Source: a virus (taxonomy: Duplodnaviria; Caudoviricetes). From it: a stretch of 64,000 nucleotides of DNA. Positions 27,375 to 37,199 of the stretch are shown here, piece after piece (position 1 is the stretch's first letter; each line of letters starts with the position of its first letter). Made by a program: the position numbers and the translations under genes. The stretch lies in the IMG/VR virus record IMGVR_UViG_3300028603_000022, positions 32,001-96,000 of that record; one strand, written 5' to 3'. A model generated the notes under the pieces. That model ran no database searches, was not told the origin of the DNA, and worked only from the letters and a program-made list of their open reading frames with translations.

Positions 27375-28505
27375 ATGAAGCGTGTAGCTGTAGACGATGA
27401 TGATTTCAAGTTGGATACCCCCGCTAAACCTGTTGTTAATAGACCTGAACCAGATACACCTAAAAACCCCTTTAGTGAAGAAGTAACAAAGAAATACACT
27501 AGTCCTTTAGCTGCTCAAGAGGAAGAAGAACTAGAGGAAGTATACGTTATTCAACCTAAAGCTCTGGAAGAAAGTGAGATTCCAGCAGCTAAAGTTACAT
27601 CTTCTTTAGGGGACGAGTGGATTAGACAGGAACTGCCTTCACATTGCATACCTTACGATTTTAAAGAAGTGTTCCTTAGACCGCTGAAATTCACTATGTT
27701 AGGTAAAATTCATGCGGCAAATGTGAATAAATCCTATACCATGTTATTGGATGCCCTTAACGCATGTATTTCTGTGGATATACGCGATCTTACTCCAGCT
27801 GACCTCACTTTTGCTATGTATTGGATAAGGGATAATAGCTATCCTAAGTCTCCTTTGAAATTTAAGCATACTTCCAGATATGGGAATATTGTAGACATTA
27901 CAGTACGTAAATCCGATTTGGAGATAAAAGAGCTGGAAATGACAGCCACAGAATACAAAAAGTGGCAGGAAAAAGGGTTTACCTTCCCGCGTGTTAGGGA
28001 TATGGAACTACTTTTCGGGGATTCCGTATCAGAAGACGTAAGATATCTATTAGAATACGCACAATACGTACATCTTTCTAAAGAAGAATCAGAGGATTAC
28101 GAAGATTACGCTCAAAAGAAAATAGATAAGATCGAAAATGAGCTAGGCCTTGAAGCTATTGATGAGATTGAAGCGTTCTCTGAGCTAATTACTCATGGTG
28201 TGATTGAAACTGTTAAATTTAAAGATCCTAGATTTAAGCCAGAAGCGGCAGTAAAATTCTTCAAGGAAAGAGCTAAAGAGATACGAGAACGCATCGTTAA
28301 TATACCTACTGTTACTCATACTTCCGAGTTTGATGAACAAGTATTAGCTTTCCTTAGACTAGCAGAAGAATTGGAAAAAGAAGCGGAAGAAATCCAACTT
28401 AAGCTGGAAAAAGGTGAAAAAATAGAGGCTAAAGAGGAGGTCGTTGAGGTTTCTATTACTTCGACGGATTTCTTTCCCCCTGTACGATCCAATATTTCTT
28501 CTTGA
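27375..28505 (+). CDS. Putative tail assembly chaperone / baseplate hub assembly protein
   Basis: ELPS...RPL pattern reminiscent of T4 gp26; lies before the tape measure gene. Confidence 0.6.
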   Translation: MKRVAVDDDDFKLDTPAKPVVNRPEPDTPKNPFSEEVTKKYTSPLAAQEEEELEEVYVIQPKALEESEIPAAKVTSSLGDEWIRQELPSHCIPYDFKEVFLRPLKFTMLGKIHAANVNKSYTMLLDALNACISVDIRDLTPADLTFAMYWIRDNSYPKSPLKFKHTSRYGNIVDITVRKSDLEIKELEMTATEYKKWQEKGFTFPRVRDMELLFGDSVSEDVRYLLEYAQYVHLSKEESEDYEDYAQKKIDKIENELGLEAIDEIEAFSELITHGVIETVKFKDPRFKPEAAVKFFKERAKEIRERIVNIPTVTHTSEFDEQVLAFLRLAEELEKEAEEIQLKLEKGEKIEAKEEVVEVSITSTDFFPPVRSNISS

Positions 28506-28734
28506 TATTTGCTATGACTTAGCAAAATATAGAGGAATACACATATTGGAGACTGACCCAGCTATTAAATTCTTCCATCATTACCAAAAATTAGTAACAG
28601 ACAGTAGAAATTCAGATACCTTAGACCCTTATCCAGTTAAACACATCGGTAATTTAAAAGTTATTGTAGACGCCATAGCTCAAATGATGAAACAACAGGC
28701 TCAGGCGTTGAACGCTATATTGAAAAGGCGTTAG
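28477..28734 (+). CDS. Frameshift extension of the tail assembly chaperone (GT-like)
   Basis: Overlapping +1 frame entered at TTTCCCCCT; no convincing own start; ends 3 nt before the tape measure gene. Confidence 0.6.
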   Translation, partial: PLYDPIFLLDICYDLAKYRGIHILETDPAIKFFHHYQKLVTDSRNSDTLDPYPVKHIGNLKVIVDAIAQMMKQQAQALNAILKRR

Positions 28735-28737
28735 AAT

Positions 28738-31700
28738 ATGGCTACAGCAAGCGGATTATATAGTGATAGAGTAAAAAATATAATGAATGATCGTTCTTCT
28801 ACAGACGATCGCGCCGCTGCTTATAAAGAATCTGTTGAAATCAAACAACAGAAGAATAAACTGGATAAATTGGATGAAACTACTAGGGTATTTCAGGCGC
28901 AGCTACTGAAATCCACTCTAAATTCAGAAGAACACCTTAAGCACATAGCCAAACATACTAAAATTATGGCTAAAGAGACCATGCTTAGTCAGATACTTAC
29001 TCTGGCTAAGTATACATGGTTTGCCTATAAACTATTAAAGGTGTTTAAGCCACAAATTCTTACGAATACTATAGATAGATTTGAAAGGTTTCTTAATAGA
29101 GCTGGATTTGGTGCTAAGGGTATGCAGCAACAGTGTTGCTGTGATAGCCGAGGTATGGCTGGAAGAATGTCTAGACGTGGTAGACGCATGGATAGACGGA
29201 CTTCATCTTCTGGTGGAAGGTACGAGGCTTCTCAACGCTCTGCTGAAAGAATGGAACGCTCACGTAGAGCTACCATGGATAGGTCTGAGCGTATTAGACG
29301 TAACGCAGATGAGTTAAGACAGCGTAAAGCTTCCCAAATCCAAGCTAAACAGACTCAAGAAGCTATTAATAAGTCTATGAAAAGATGGAACCATTCAGCT
29401 AGAGGTTCTATTAAAGGTATTTTTGATAGTAGTGGTGTAGGCTTACGTAATAGTTCTAAAGCTATTAGTAGAGCTGCTGCTTCAAGTTCTTCCAACTTAG
29501 TTAAGATGGGATTAGCGAGCGTAGCTGGTGTCGCGGCAGCTATGTCAGGTATTTTTTCAACAGTCCTTGGTATTGCTAGTAGGGGTGTTGGTATGCTGGC
29601 TAAGGCCGGTATGTACGCAGGCAGAGGAGTATATGGAGCTGGGGCAGCTACTGCTAGAATCGCTATGTCCAAGACGGGTATTAGCGCTCTAAGTAGAATA
29701 GGTGGTCCCGCTGTTATAGGTTTAGGGGCCTATAATATGGCTACTATGGATGTTGGTCAGCAGCTAAAAACAGGTAAAGACACAGGGTTAGGTAATAGAT
29801 ACGTATCAGGTATAGGCTCAAATCTTAATTCACTTCTCTTTGGGTTGCCTGATAAATTTATAGCTAGTCAAAATTTAGGACCAGGTAGCGCAACAAATTT
29901 ATCGCAATTGTTAGAGGATATAGATCATAGTGCTGGCTCTGGTATTGACTGGTTAACCGGATTACTTGGGTATGATACTAAAATAGGACGTAAGGGTATT
30001 ATAGGAGCTATAGGTAATCAGTTTCAAAACGAAGCTGTTACTATGTATAACAGAGCTAGAACTTTTTTTAACCCTGTAACAAAAGCTTTAGAAGACCAGA
30101 CAGAAGCTTTAACTGGTAGTTTAGACACTAATTTCAAAAATATGGAATTAGACCATAGAGAAGCTAGAAAAATAGAATATGACCGACTTAAAGGGTTATT
30201 GCCTGGTATGGGGGATGGTTTAGGTGAAGCTGGTTTTGCTACATCTCCTGTACTTCGTAGACCGGGCGGATATAAAGCCGATGCGGATTCTTCTTCTACT
30301 GGATATGTCGCTTCTCCCCCAGCAGGTAGATCTACAGATGATAGAGGCCGTAGAAGTCTATTTAGTGGAGATTTGTCTATAAGACCGGGGGATAGTAAGT
30401 TTTCCCAAGGTTGGTCTCAACACGATGCCACAGGATTTAGTACTAGAACTCCAGAGGGATTTTCTGGAGAAGCTGGGCCTTACGCCCAAAGATTATCTAT
30501 GAGAACGGTAGATCCTACGGGGTCTTCAGCTAGATTAGGATCTATATCTGCTAAATATGAAGGTAAGGTAGACACCGTAGGCGGTGACGGTGGTAGAGCT
30601 TATGGAAAATACCAATTTGACTATAAAGCAGGTGGTTTACAAACTTTCTTTAGGGATAACCCAGAATACGCTGCTAAATTTGAAGGATTATCCCCCGGTA
30701 CGAAAGCTTTTAATGATAGGTGGAAGCAGGTTGCTAGAGAAAACCCAATTGCTTTTGAAGCCGCACAAGATAGATCCGCTAAAAATATTTGGTATGAACC
30801 TGCTAGAAAACATGCCGAATCTTTAGGATTCAAAACATCGGATAGGGGTATACAAGAAGCTCTATTTAGTGGCTCTATTCAACATGGTGGTATCAAAAAG
30901 ATTCTAGATAGAACCGCAGCCTTAGAAGGTTTTGCGGATATGACAGAACAACAGCAAATACAAGCTTTTTATGACCAGCGTGCTAAATATATTGATACAG
31001 ATACTAGATTAACAGGTGACAGACGTTCTGGTGTATTAAATAGATATAAGAACGAAGTTAAAGATGCCCTAGCTTTATCTGGGCAAAGTGGTCCAACAGC
31101 CTTTCCTACGATCGCTTCTACTGCCCCTAATATAGGGTTAGCTGCTGCTTTACCAGAAGTAACGGGTGGATCGGCGGCTCAAATCGCTATTGATATGAAT
31201 AACAGGGGTGTTAGAAATCAAGATATAACTTCTGATATGAAGAATATTATACAATATGCAGGGGGTCAGGCTGGAATTAGCCGTATTTCTGTTACTTCTG
31301 GTGGACAAGACCCAGCGAGTAAGAAAAATGCTAGACGTACAGGTAGATCTAAGAACCATGACCACGGTAACGCGGCTGACTTTGACATGTTCGTTACTAA
31401 CCCCGATGGTACAGAAAGACAGCTTAGATACAGTAATCTTGAAGATCGTAAGATTATAGAAAATTTTGTAGAACATGCATTTAAAGCTGGTGCTACCAAT
31501 GTTGGCGTTGGACCGGGTTATATGGCTGACGGCCGTATACATCTAGGTAATACTGGGGCTGATGGTCGTGTTTGGGGTAAAACCATGGAATACGGCTCCA
31601 GAGAACGTAATATAGAAGCTGCGATGGAACGTGGTAGAAGTCAAAGAGCTGGATTTGACTTAGCCTCGGCTCTTAGTCCTTCATCTGGAATGGCGCCAAT

Positions 31701-32184
31701 CCCTGTAGAAATAGCTTCTATTAGCCCCAAAACTCATGAAGAAGCTGTAGCTCACTATTCTCAAAGTAGCGGTTTAGGGTCTATATTTGGTATAAATAAA
31801 GCTGCAGCTTCTGAATTACCGGATCATTTAAAAGGTTCTCAAAGTTCAGCTAAGGGTAACAGACTAGGTAGTGGTTTATATGCTAATTCAGCGTCTGGCG
31901 CTATCGTAGAAGATCGAATTAATCAGGCTCATCAGGCTACTACAGCCCATGTAGCAGCTGAAAAAATACGACCAAATGTTAATCCTGAAGCTTCGATAGC
32001 CAATGCTTCTACAGGTATAACTATCCCATCATCAGTAGATTTTTCTCAAAATGTACCTACAGTTAACACTCAACCACCTGAAAACCCAATGGGGGGTAAT
32101 TCAGGAGCTAGTTTATCAAATATACCTCATTACGCTGATCCTGAATTGATGTATCCGCTACTTTATCATCATATGAATAATTGA
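28738..32184 (+). CDS. Tape measure-like protein with C-terminal peptidoglycan hydrolase domains
   Basis: Helical A/G-rich N-half; SAKYE...AYGKYQF lysozyme-like domain; TSGGQ...HDHGNAADFD M15-like motif. Confidence 0.75.
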   Translation: MATASGLYSDRVKNIMNDRSSTDDRAAAYKESVEIKQQKNKLDKLDETTRVFQAQLLKSTLNSEEHLKHIAKHTKIMAKETMLSQILTLAKYTWFAYKLLKVFKPQILTNTIDRFERFLNRAGFGAKGMQQQCCCDSRGMAGRMSRRGRRMDRRTSSSGGRYEASQRSAERMERSRRATMDRSERIRRNADELRQRKASQIQAKQTQEAINKSMKRWNHSARGSIKGIFDSSGVGLRNSSKAISRAAASSSSNLVKMGLASVAGVAAAMSGIFSTVLGIASRGVGMLAKAGMYAGRGVYGAGAATARIAMSKTGISALSRIGGPAVIGLGAYNMATMDVGQQLKTGKDTGLGNRYVSGIGSNLNSLLFGLPDKFIASQNLGPGSATNLSQLLEDIDHSAGSGIDWLTGLLGYDTKIGRKGIIGAIGNQFQNEAVTMYNRARTFFNPVTKALEDQTEALTGSLDTNFKNMELDHREARKIEYDRLKGLLPGMGDGLGEAGFATSPVLRRPGGYKADADSSSTGYVASPPAGRSTDDRGRRSLFSGDLSIRPGDSKFSQGWSQHDATGFSTRTPEGFSGEAGPYAQRLSMRTVDPTGSSARLGSISAKYEGKVDTVGGDGGRAYGKYQFDYKAGGLQTFFRDNPEYAAKFEGLSPGTKAFNDRWKQVARENPIAFEAAQDRSAKNIWYEPARKHAESLGFKTSDRGIQEALFSGSIQHGGIKKILDRTAALEGFADMTEQQQIQAFYDQRAKYIDTDTRLTGDRRSGVLNRYKNEVKDALALSGQSGPTAFPTIASTAPNIGLAAALPEVTGGSAAQIAIDMNNRGVRNQDITSDMKNIIQYAGGQAGISRISVTSGGQDPASKKNARRTGRSKNHDHGNAADFDMFVTNPDGTERQLRYSNLEDRKIIENFVEHAFKAGATNVGVGPGYMADGRIHLGNTGADGRVWGKTMEYGSRERNIEAAMERGRSQRAGFDLASALSPSSGMAPIPVEIASISPKTHEEAVAHYSQSSGLGSIFGINKAAASELPDHLKGSQSSAKGNRLGSGLYANSASGAIVEDRINQAHQATTAHVAAEKIRPNVNPEASIANASTGITIPSSVDFSQNVPTVNTQPPENPMGGNSGASLSNIPHYADPELMYPLLYHHMNN

Positions 32185-32191
32185 GATTACT

Positions 32192-32881
32192 ATGCCGTTT
32201 AACTCTAGTATTTCAGATGTTACAGACAATTATAGAGTAGCTAAAACTACTAACCCGCTATATTTGGTGGATATATGGTGCCCCGGACATGGTTTCGGTG
32301 TTCAAGTAGACATGCCAGAACAACTAGCCTTGGCTGTATCCTCTGAGTGGGAAAGTCGTCTACCGTCCACTATTGCTCAAGCTTGGTCTTCTATATCACC
32401 TTTAGGAGGGGGGGCTGGTCAAGGAGCTTCAAATATTTTTGGCTGGGATGCTATTCACCAAGGTATGAGTTTTCAAATGTGGGTAGGTACAACCCCAATT
32501 GAAATACCTTTAACAGTTCTATTCGACGCGGAAGATAGTGGATTAAAGGATGTATATGCGCCTATAGCTAAACTACAAAGTATAGCTTTACCTAGAAACG
32601 ACCGAACAATGGGAAATAATTTCTTAGTTCCGCCCGGCCCTAATGTTGGTATTGAATGGGGTGGTTCTGGTTATGGTGTATACATAAAAATAGGAAGAAT
32701 GATGATGTTCGTTGATTGTATTCTAGTATCAGTCAACGCTGTATTTGACGCTAGATTAGACAATAGGGGTTATCCTATTAGCGGTCAAATAGATATGGTC
32801 ATACGAACTTCTGTTACATATGGTAGAAGTGATTGGCTTAGAGCTATGGGGTTAGGTGGGGGTCCAAATGAATACTACTAA
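32192..32881 (+). CDS. Putative baseplate/tube-initiator protein
   Basis: 229 aa after the tape measure gene. Confidence 0.55.
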   Translation: MPFNSSISDVTDNYRVAKTTNPLYLVDIWCPGHGFGVQVDMPEQLALAVSSEWESRLPSTIAQAWSSISPLGGGAGQGASNIFGWDAIHQGMSFQMWVGTTPIEIPLTVLFDAEDSGLKDVYAPIAKLQSIALPRNDRTMGNNFLVPPGPNVGIEWGGSGYGVYIKIGRMMMFVDCILVSVNAVFDARLDNRGYPISGQIDMVIRTSVTYGRSDWLRAMGLGGGPNEYY

Positions 32882-33254
32882 TGTTACAGAAAAAGAAGCT
32901 AGACAAGAAACTTTTGTTACTTTTTTATCATCAGGAACGTCGAAGCAATTAAGATTATCTACGGTATTAGAAATAAACAACGACTGGATAAATCCGTGCA
33001 GTCCAAAATTTATAAAATTACTTAAATTGCCAAGAGTAATATCTGTTACCTACAGAAATACCCCTATAACTTCTATGAGTCAAAGGATATATGGTACTAC
33101 TTCACTATGGTATTTGATTGTAGCTTGCTCTGGGTATCTTCACCAACATGAAATACCAAATGGAGAAAACATATTGTTACCCGATCCAATTTCTGTAGCT
33201 ACAGCTTTAAAAGAAACCGCTGAAAGCAACGTTGGCAAAACTATTATAATATAG
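32868..33254 (+). CDS. Baseplate wedge protein (gp53/LysM-like)
   Basis: SQRIYGTTSLWYLI...IPNGENILLP pattern. Confidence 0.7.
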   Translation: MNTTNVTEKEARQETFVTFLSSGTSKQLRLSTVLEINNDWINPCSPKFIKLLKLPRVISVTYRNTPITSMSQRIYGTTSLWYLIVACSGYLHQHEIPNGENILLPDPISVATALKETAESNVGKTIII

Positions 33255-33263
33255 GAATTTGTT

Positions 33264-34373
33264 ATGCAGGGCGTTGAAGGTAAATGGGCTCTTGAAGTAA
33301 AAGTCGATGGAAAAGATTTACATCTTAATCCGTCTAATGTGACTGCTATAAACGTTGTATCGAATGTGCAGCAAGCTTTACCTTCTTTTAATATAAGTTT
33401 TAAAGATGATACTGGTTCTATTTTAGATAATTTAATGAGTGATGGGTCTAAAGTCACTGTATCCATAGGTAATCCTTCACACCATATATATAATGGTTTA
33501 AACTTCCTTGTATCAGGAAATGTAAAAGTTACTCCTAGACCTAAATCTACACATATCGAATTTAATGCTATTCTTGATAATATTGGCTGGCTTAGAAAGA
33601 TGGTGGACAAACCGTATAAGGGTACAGCCGCCAAAGTTATAGAGCAGCTAGCTGGAGAAGTAGGTTTATCCACCGACATAGATGACTCTATGGATGACAT
33701 GACATGGCTACCTAATAGACTTCCATTTGTAGGTTACGCTAATCACTTATTACAAAGATCTTTTGCGGGTGAGGGTGACGCTTTAGTTATGGCTATCACA
33801 GATATGGGTAAACTTAAACTGAAAAAATTAAGTAATCTTATAGCCGGTAGTGGTAGTGGTATAACCTTATCTCAAAATGAATCTTTTGGACATACAATTT
33901 TAGATTGGATAACAGTACCTAAGGCTAATTCCCCTAATGCTAGTCACGGGTATGGATCTACCTCAATAGGTATGAATCAAGACGGCAGTATATTTGAAGG
34001 GAATGATGTAGCTGTTAAGTTAATGTCTAATGCTACGTCTATTATGTCGGGTATTAAAGACACTATTGGTCAATTAGGTATGAGAATTAATGCCTTGGCT
34101 CCTCTAGCGGGTAATACCCATGAAAAATGGTATGAAGGAATACACCAAAACCCTAGAGTGCTTTCTACATATTCTTTTGATATAGAAGTTCTTACTGATA
34201 TTCCTACTAAATTAGAGCTACTAGACACCGTTAACTTTAGGCCTATAAACCCTGGAACTGCCAATGAAGCTACTAAATTATCAGGTAAATATATAGTCAC
34301 AGCCATAAATAAGACTATAATGAATGGAAGATTCTTTGAAAAACTGGTAATAACAACACAAGGCGGTAATTAA
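33264..34373 (+). CDS. Baseplate hub protein (gp27-like)
   Basis: 369 aa before the spike gene; C-terminal LSGKYIVTAI. Confidence 0.65.
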   Translation: MQGVEGKWALEVKVDGKDLHLNPSNVTAINVVSNVQQALPSFNISFKDDTGSILDNLMSDGSKVTVSIGNPSHHIYNGLNFLVSGNVKVTPRPKSTHIEFNAILDNIGWLRKMVDKPYKGTAAKVIEQLAGEVGLSTDIDDSMDDMTWLPNRLPFVGYANHLLQRSFAGEGDALVMAITDMGKLKLKKLSNLIAGSGSGITLSQNESFGHTILDWITVPKANSPNASHGYGSTSIGMNQDGSIFEGNDVAVKLMSNATSIMSGIKDTIGQLGMRINALAPLAGNTHEKWYEGIHQNPRVLSTYSFDIEVLTDIPTKLELLDTVNFRPINPGTANEATKLSGKYIVTAINKTIMNGRFFEKLVITTQGGN

Positions 34374-35029
34374 TGCCTAGTTTGCTTCCTATAGGTCAAA
34401 ATATTAGACCTAAACTAGCTAAAAATGATTTAGTAGGGTATGTTATTGATAATAATGACCCTGAAAAGCGTCAAAGAGTCAAAATAAGATGCGCTCAATT
34501 ACATCGCAACGTAGAAGACGCAGACCTTCCTTGGACAATTCCTGATACCACACAGGGTAGGGCTAATGCGGGGGCTGGGGCTGGTTCTGTAAATGTACCT
34601 GTTTTATATTCAAAAGTATATTTCAGATTAGATGATAATGATCCCCATAATCCTAGGTATTCGGGTTCACCTACTACTGACGATGTTAATAAAGATAACG
34701 AACTTCTAAAAGATGAAGAAAACTATCCTCATAGCAGAGGTAGCATAGATGATGCGGGTAATCGTTATAATGTAAATTCTGAAAAAGAAACCATAGATCA
34801 CACGCATAGATCAGGTACTACAGAACATACCGCCGCGGATGGTGCTAAATCTATATTCTCTGCTTCTGATATGTATTTTACTGCTCAAGGTGATTTGTAT
34901 TTTACCGCTAAAGGCAAAATATATATTAATGGCGTAGAAGTACATTTGAACAATGGTGGAGAAGCAGGAGGGGTTTCTCCTAGAGAACGTCCACAAATTG
35001 AAGATAAAAGCAATCAAACCTCATATTGA
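34373..35029 (+). CDS. Central spike protein (gp5/gpV OB-fold)
   Basis: GYVIDNNDPEKRQRVKIR...LPW, HRSGT, beta-helix repeats, VHLN. Confidence 0.85.
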   Translation: MPSLLPIGQNIRPKLAKNDLVGYVIDNNDPEKRQRVKIRCAQLHRNVEDADLPWTIPDTTQGRANAGAGAGSVNVPVLYSKVYFRLDDNDPHNPRYSGSPTTDDVNKDNELLKDEENYPHSRGSIDDAGNRYNVNSEKETIDHTHRSGTTEHTAADGAKSIFSASDMYFTAQGDLYFTAKGKIYINGVEVHLNNGGEAGGVSPRERPQIEDKSNQTSY

Positions 35030-35070
35030 GGTTCTGTAAACTTCTTACTAGAAGTTCTGTAAACCTCATA
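35017..35070. repeat. Tandem small palindromes linked by CTGTA
   Basis: AACCTCA-tat-TGAGGTT ctgta AACTTCT-tact-AGAAGTT ctgta AACCTCATA. Confidence 0.65.
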
Positions 35071-35088
35071 TAGTTATAAGAGATTATC

Positions 35089-35529
35089 ATGGCTGAATGG
35101 TTGTTACATAGTCAAAGACCAAATGTTAAAGCAGCAATTCAGCCTGCTAAACTACGGTTTAGTGATGTAGACTGCGATTATGGTATTTCAAGAAAGCATT
35201 CTGATTTACTAGTTGATAACAATTTGGCTATCACTAATCATATAAAGAATCTTCTATCCACGCCTATAGGTACAGAAGATTTTGAGCCTGGTTATGGATC
35301 AAATCTTCCTTACCGAATAATGGACCCAGTAAATATATATTCCGCTTTTAATATTGAAACAGATACTATCGTAGCGTTAATGACATGGATGAGTGATAGA
35401 ATATTCGTTATCCTAAGTGATACTTTTGTAACTCCGTTAGATTCAGGTGATGGATACCTAATTCAAATTACATACGTAAATATAATAGATAACGCTACAG
35501 GATTGTTTAGGCAAGAAGTTGTTAGGTAA
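35089..35529 (+). CDS. Baseplate wedge gp25-like protein
   Basis: IKNLLSTPIG...FEPGYGSNL. Confidence 0.88.
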   Translation: MAEWLLHSQRPNVKAAIQPAKLRFSDVDCDYGISRKHSDLLVDNNLAITNHIKNLLSTPIGTEDFEPGYGSNLPYRIMDPVNIYSAFNIETDTIVALMTWMSDRIFVILSDTFVTPLDSGDGYLIQITYVNIIDNATGLFRQEVVR

Positions 35530-35534
35530 ATAAT

Positions 35535-37190
35535 ATGACTGTTGTGAACGCCTTAATAGACGCAGCCTTAGATTATATCCAACTAAATAATCCCGTGTTT
35601 TTTAATTCGGTTAACAGGCAAGATTTATCAGCTTCTTTACAGGAATCTTTAGAGCAAGCTTTACCTCATGAGTTTAGACTTCAAACTACTAAACCAGATT
35701 TTGAAGATATTTTGTATGCCTTTGTTCAAGAACTTCAAACTGATAAGGCTTGGAAAGACATTGTTCATACAGGTACTGGTCAAACCCTGTTAAGAAACTA
35801 CTCTGCGGGTATTTCTTATCTTCATTTCGCTATTGTACGCGCAGTTCAGAACTCATTTGTATTGCCTGGGTCTTCAAAAGACACTGTTTATCAAGGAATG
35901 AATTTCCTTGGTGTTAAAATTCGTCGCAGAATCCCTAATAGAATAAGAGTTAGACTGACTATTCCAGATCATACTTCTATTTTTGTCATTCCTAGATTTA
36001 CTCAAATAATAATAGGTGGGGAATTATTTTTTAATAGAGAAGAAATTACGTATTCTGTATTCGATTTAGTTAAAGAAGTAATACTTTATCAAGGTACAGT
36101 ATTCTCTAGACAGGGGCCGGCTGAAGGTTTGCCTTTTGAAACCTTGCAAATAGGTTATGAGAATTACGCTATATCAGAAGAAGACGTGTATGTATCTGTT
36201 AATGGTTCACAATGGGTAAGTAACGCTAAACTTAGACCTTGGATGGCTGAAAGAGAACAAGAAATAGTTTTTGTTAAAACTCTGGAAACCGGCAATATTG
36301 AAATAATGTTTGGTAATGATCTCTATGCTAAAAAGCTAGAGGCAAATGACCAATTACACATAGTATGGGCAGAGACTAAAGGTTCGGAATCTTCTTTAAT
36401 TCCAGCAGAAACAAACTTTGTAATAGATTCTCTTAATTTAACTGTTAGCGGCCTTACGCTTTCTTCCTCTTTTGGTGGCGATAACGAAGTTCCTTTAGAG
36501 GTATACTCTCAAATCGGTCCTCATTTGATGGCTTCATCCGGTGTTGGCATTCGTAGAGCAGATTTTAAAGCTATAGCTCTGGAATACCCTAATATCCGTG
36601 ATGCCTTATTCAGAGGACAAGCTGAATATGCTCCGGGGTTGAGAACATTCCAAAACGTAGTAATGACTACGCTGTTAACAAATAGTCCTTCAAACCTTAT
36701 GACCGCTGACGAATGGGGGGAGTTTGTTGAATACCTATCTAATAGGTCTACTTTTTCATTAAGATTTGAACGATCAGATCCGATAATTATACCAATTAAA
36801 GTTACCGCAACAGTACATTGTAACACTAAGGCAGGATTAGACGAAATTAATTCTGTATTAACCAGTAAATTAAAAGAATTTACTGAGCCTAAGCCAGGAA
36901 TACTAGGGTATTCTATATATGATTCGGATATTATTTCTATATTAGAGGGTAATTTTGAAAGTGACTTTAATTACGCCAATGTGATTGAGTATATTTCAAA
37001 TTTTGAATTTAACTATCCTAATCAAGAAATTGATCCAGAAGACGAATTAGATTACGGTATTACGGCAGATGGGGGCGCTATCATAGCAGGTTATTCTAAC
37101 TATATTCGTATAGAAGAAGTAGACCTAACTCTCGAATATACTCCTAGAAGAACATATCTAGGAAGAACCGATTTATCAAGCGCGGAGTAA
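35535..37190 (+). CDS. Baseplate wedge protein (gp6/J-like)
   Basis: IMFGND, ETKG, GGDNEV, RRADFKA motifs. Confidence 0.82.
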   Translation: MTVVNALIDAALDYIQLNNPVFFNSVNRQDLSASLQESLEQALPHEFRLQTTKPDFEDILYAFVQELQTDKAWKDIVHTGTGQTLLRNYSAGISYLHFAIVRAVQNSFVLPGSSKDTVYQGMNFLGVKIRRRIPNRIRVRLTIPDHTSIFVIPRFTQIIIGGELFFNREEITYSVFDLVKEVILYQGTVFSRQGPAEGLPFETLQIGYENYAISEEDVYVSVNGSQWVSNAKLRPWMAEREQEIVFVKTLETGNIEIMFGNDLYAKKLEANDQLHIVWAETKGSESSLIPAETNFVIDSLNLTVSGLTLSSSFGGDNEVPLEVYSQIGPHLMASSGVGIRRADFKAIALEYPNIRDALFRGQAEYAPGLRTFQNVVMTTLLTNSPSNLMTADEWGEFVEYLSNRSTFSLRFERSDPIIIPIKVTATVHCNTKAGLDEINSVLTSKLKEFTEPKPGILGYSIYDSDIISILEGNFESDFNYANVIEYISNFEFNYPNQEIDPEDELDYGITADGGAIIAGYSNYIRIEEVDLTLEYTPRRTYLGRTDLSSAE

Positions 37191-37199
37191 CCCATTACT

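Noticed and set aside
35017-35070. CRISPR mini-array
   Set aside because: Shared repeat is only about 11 bp and intervening sequences about 12 bp; no cas genes
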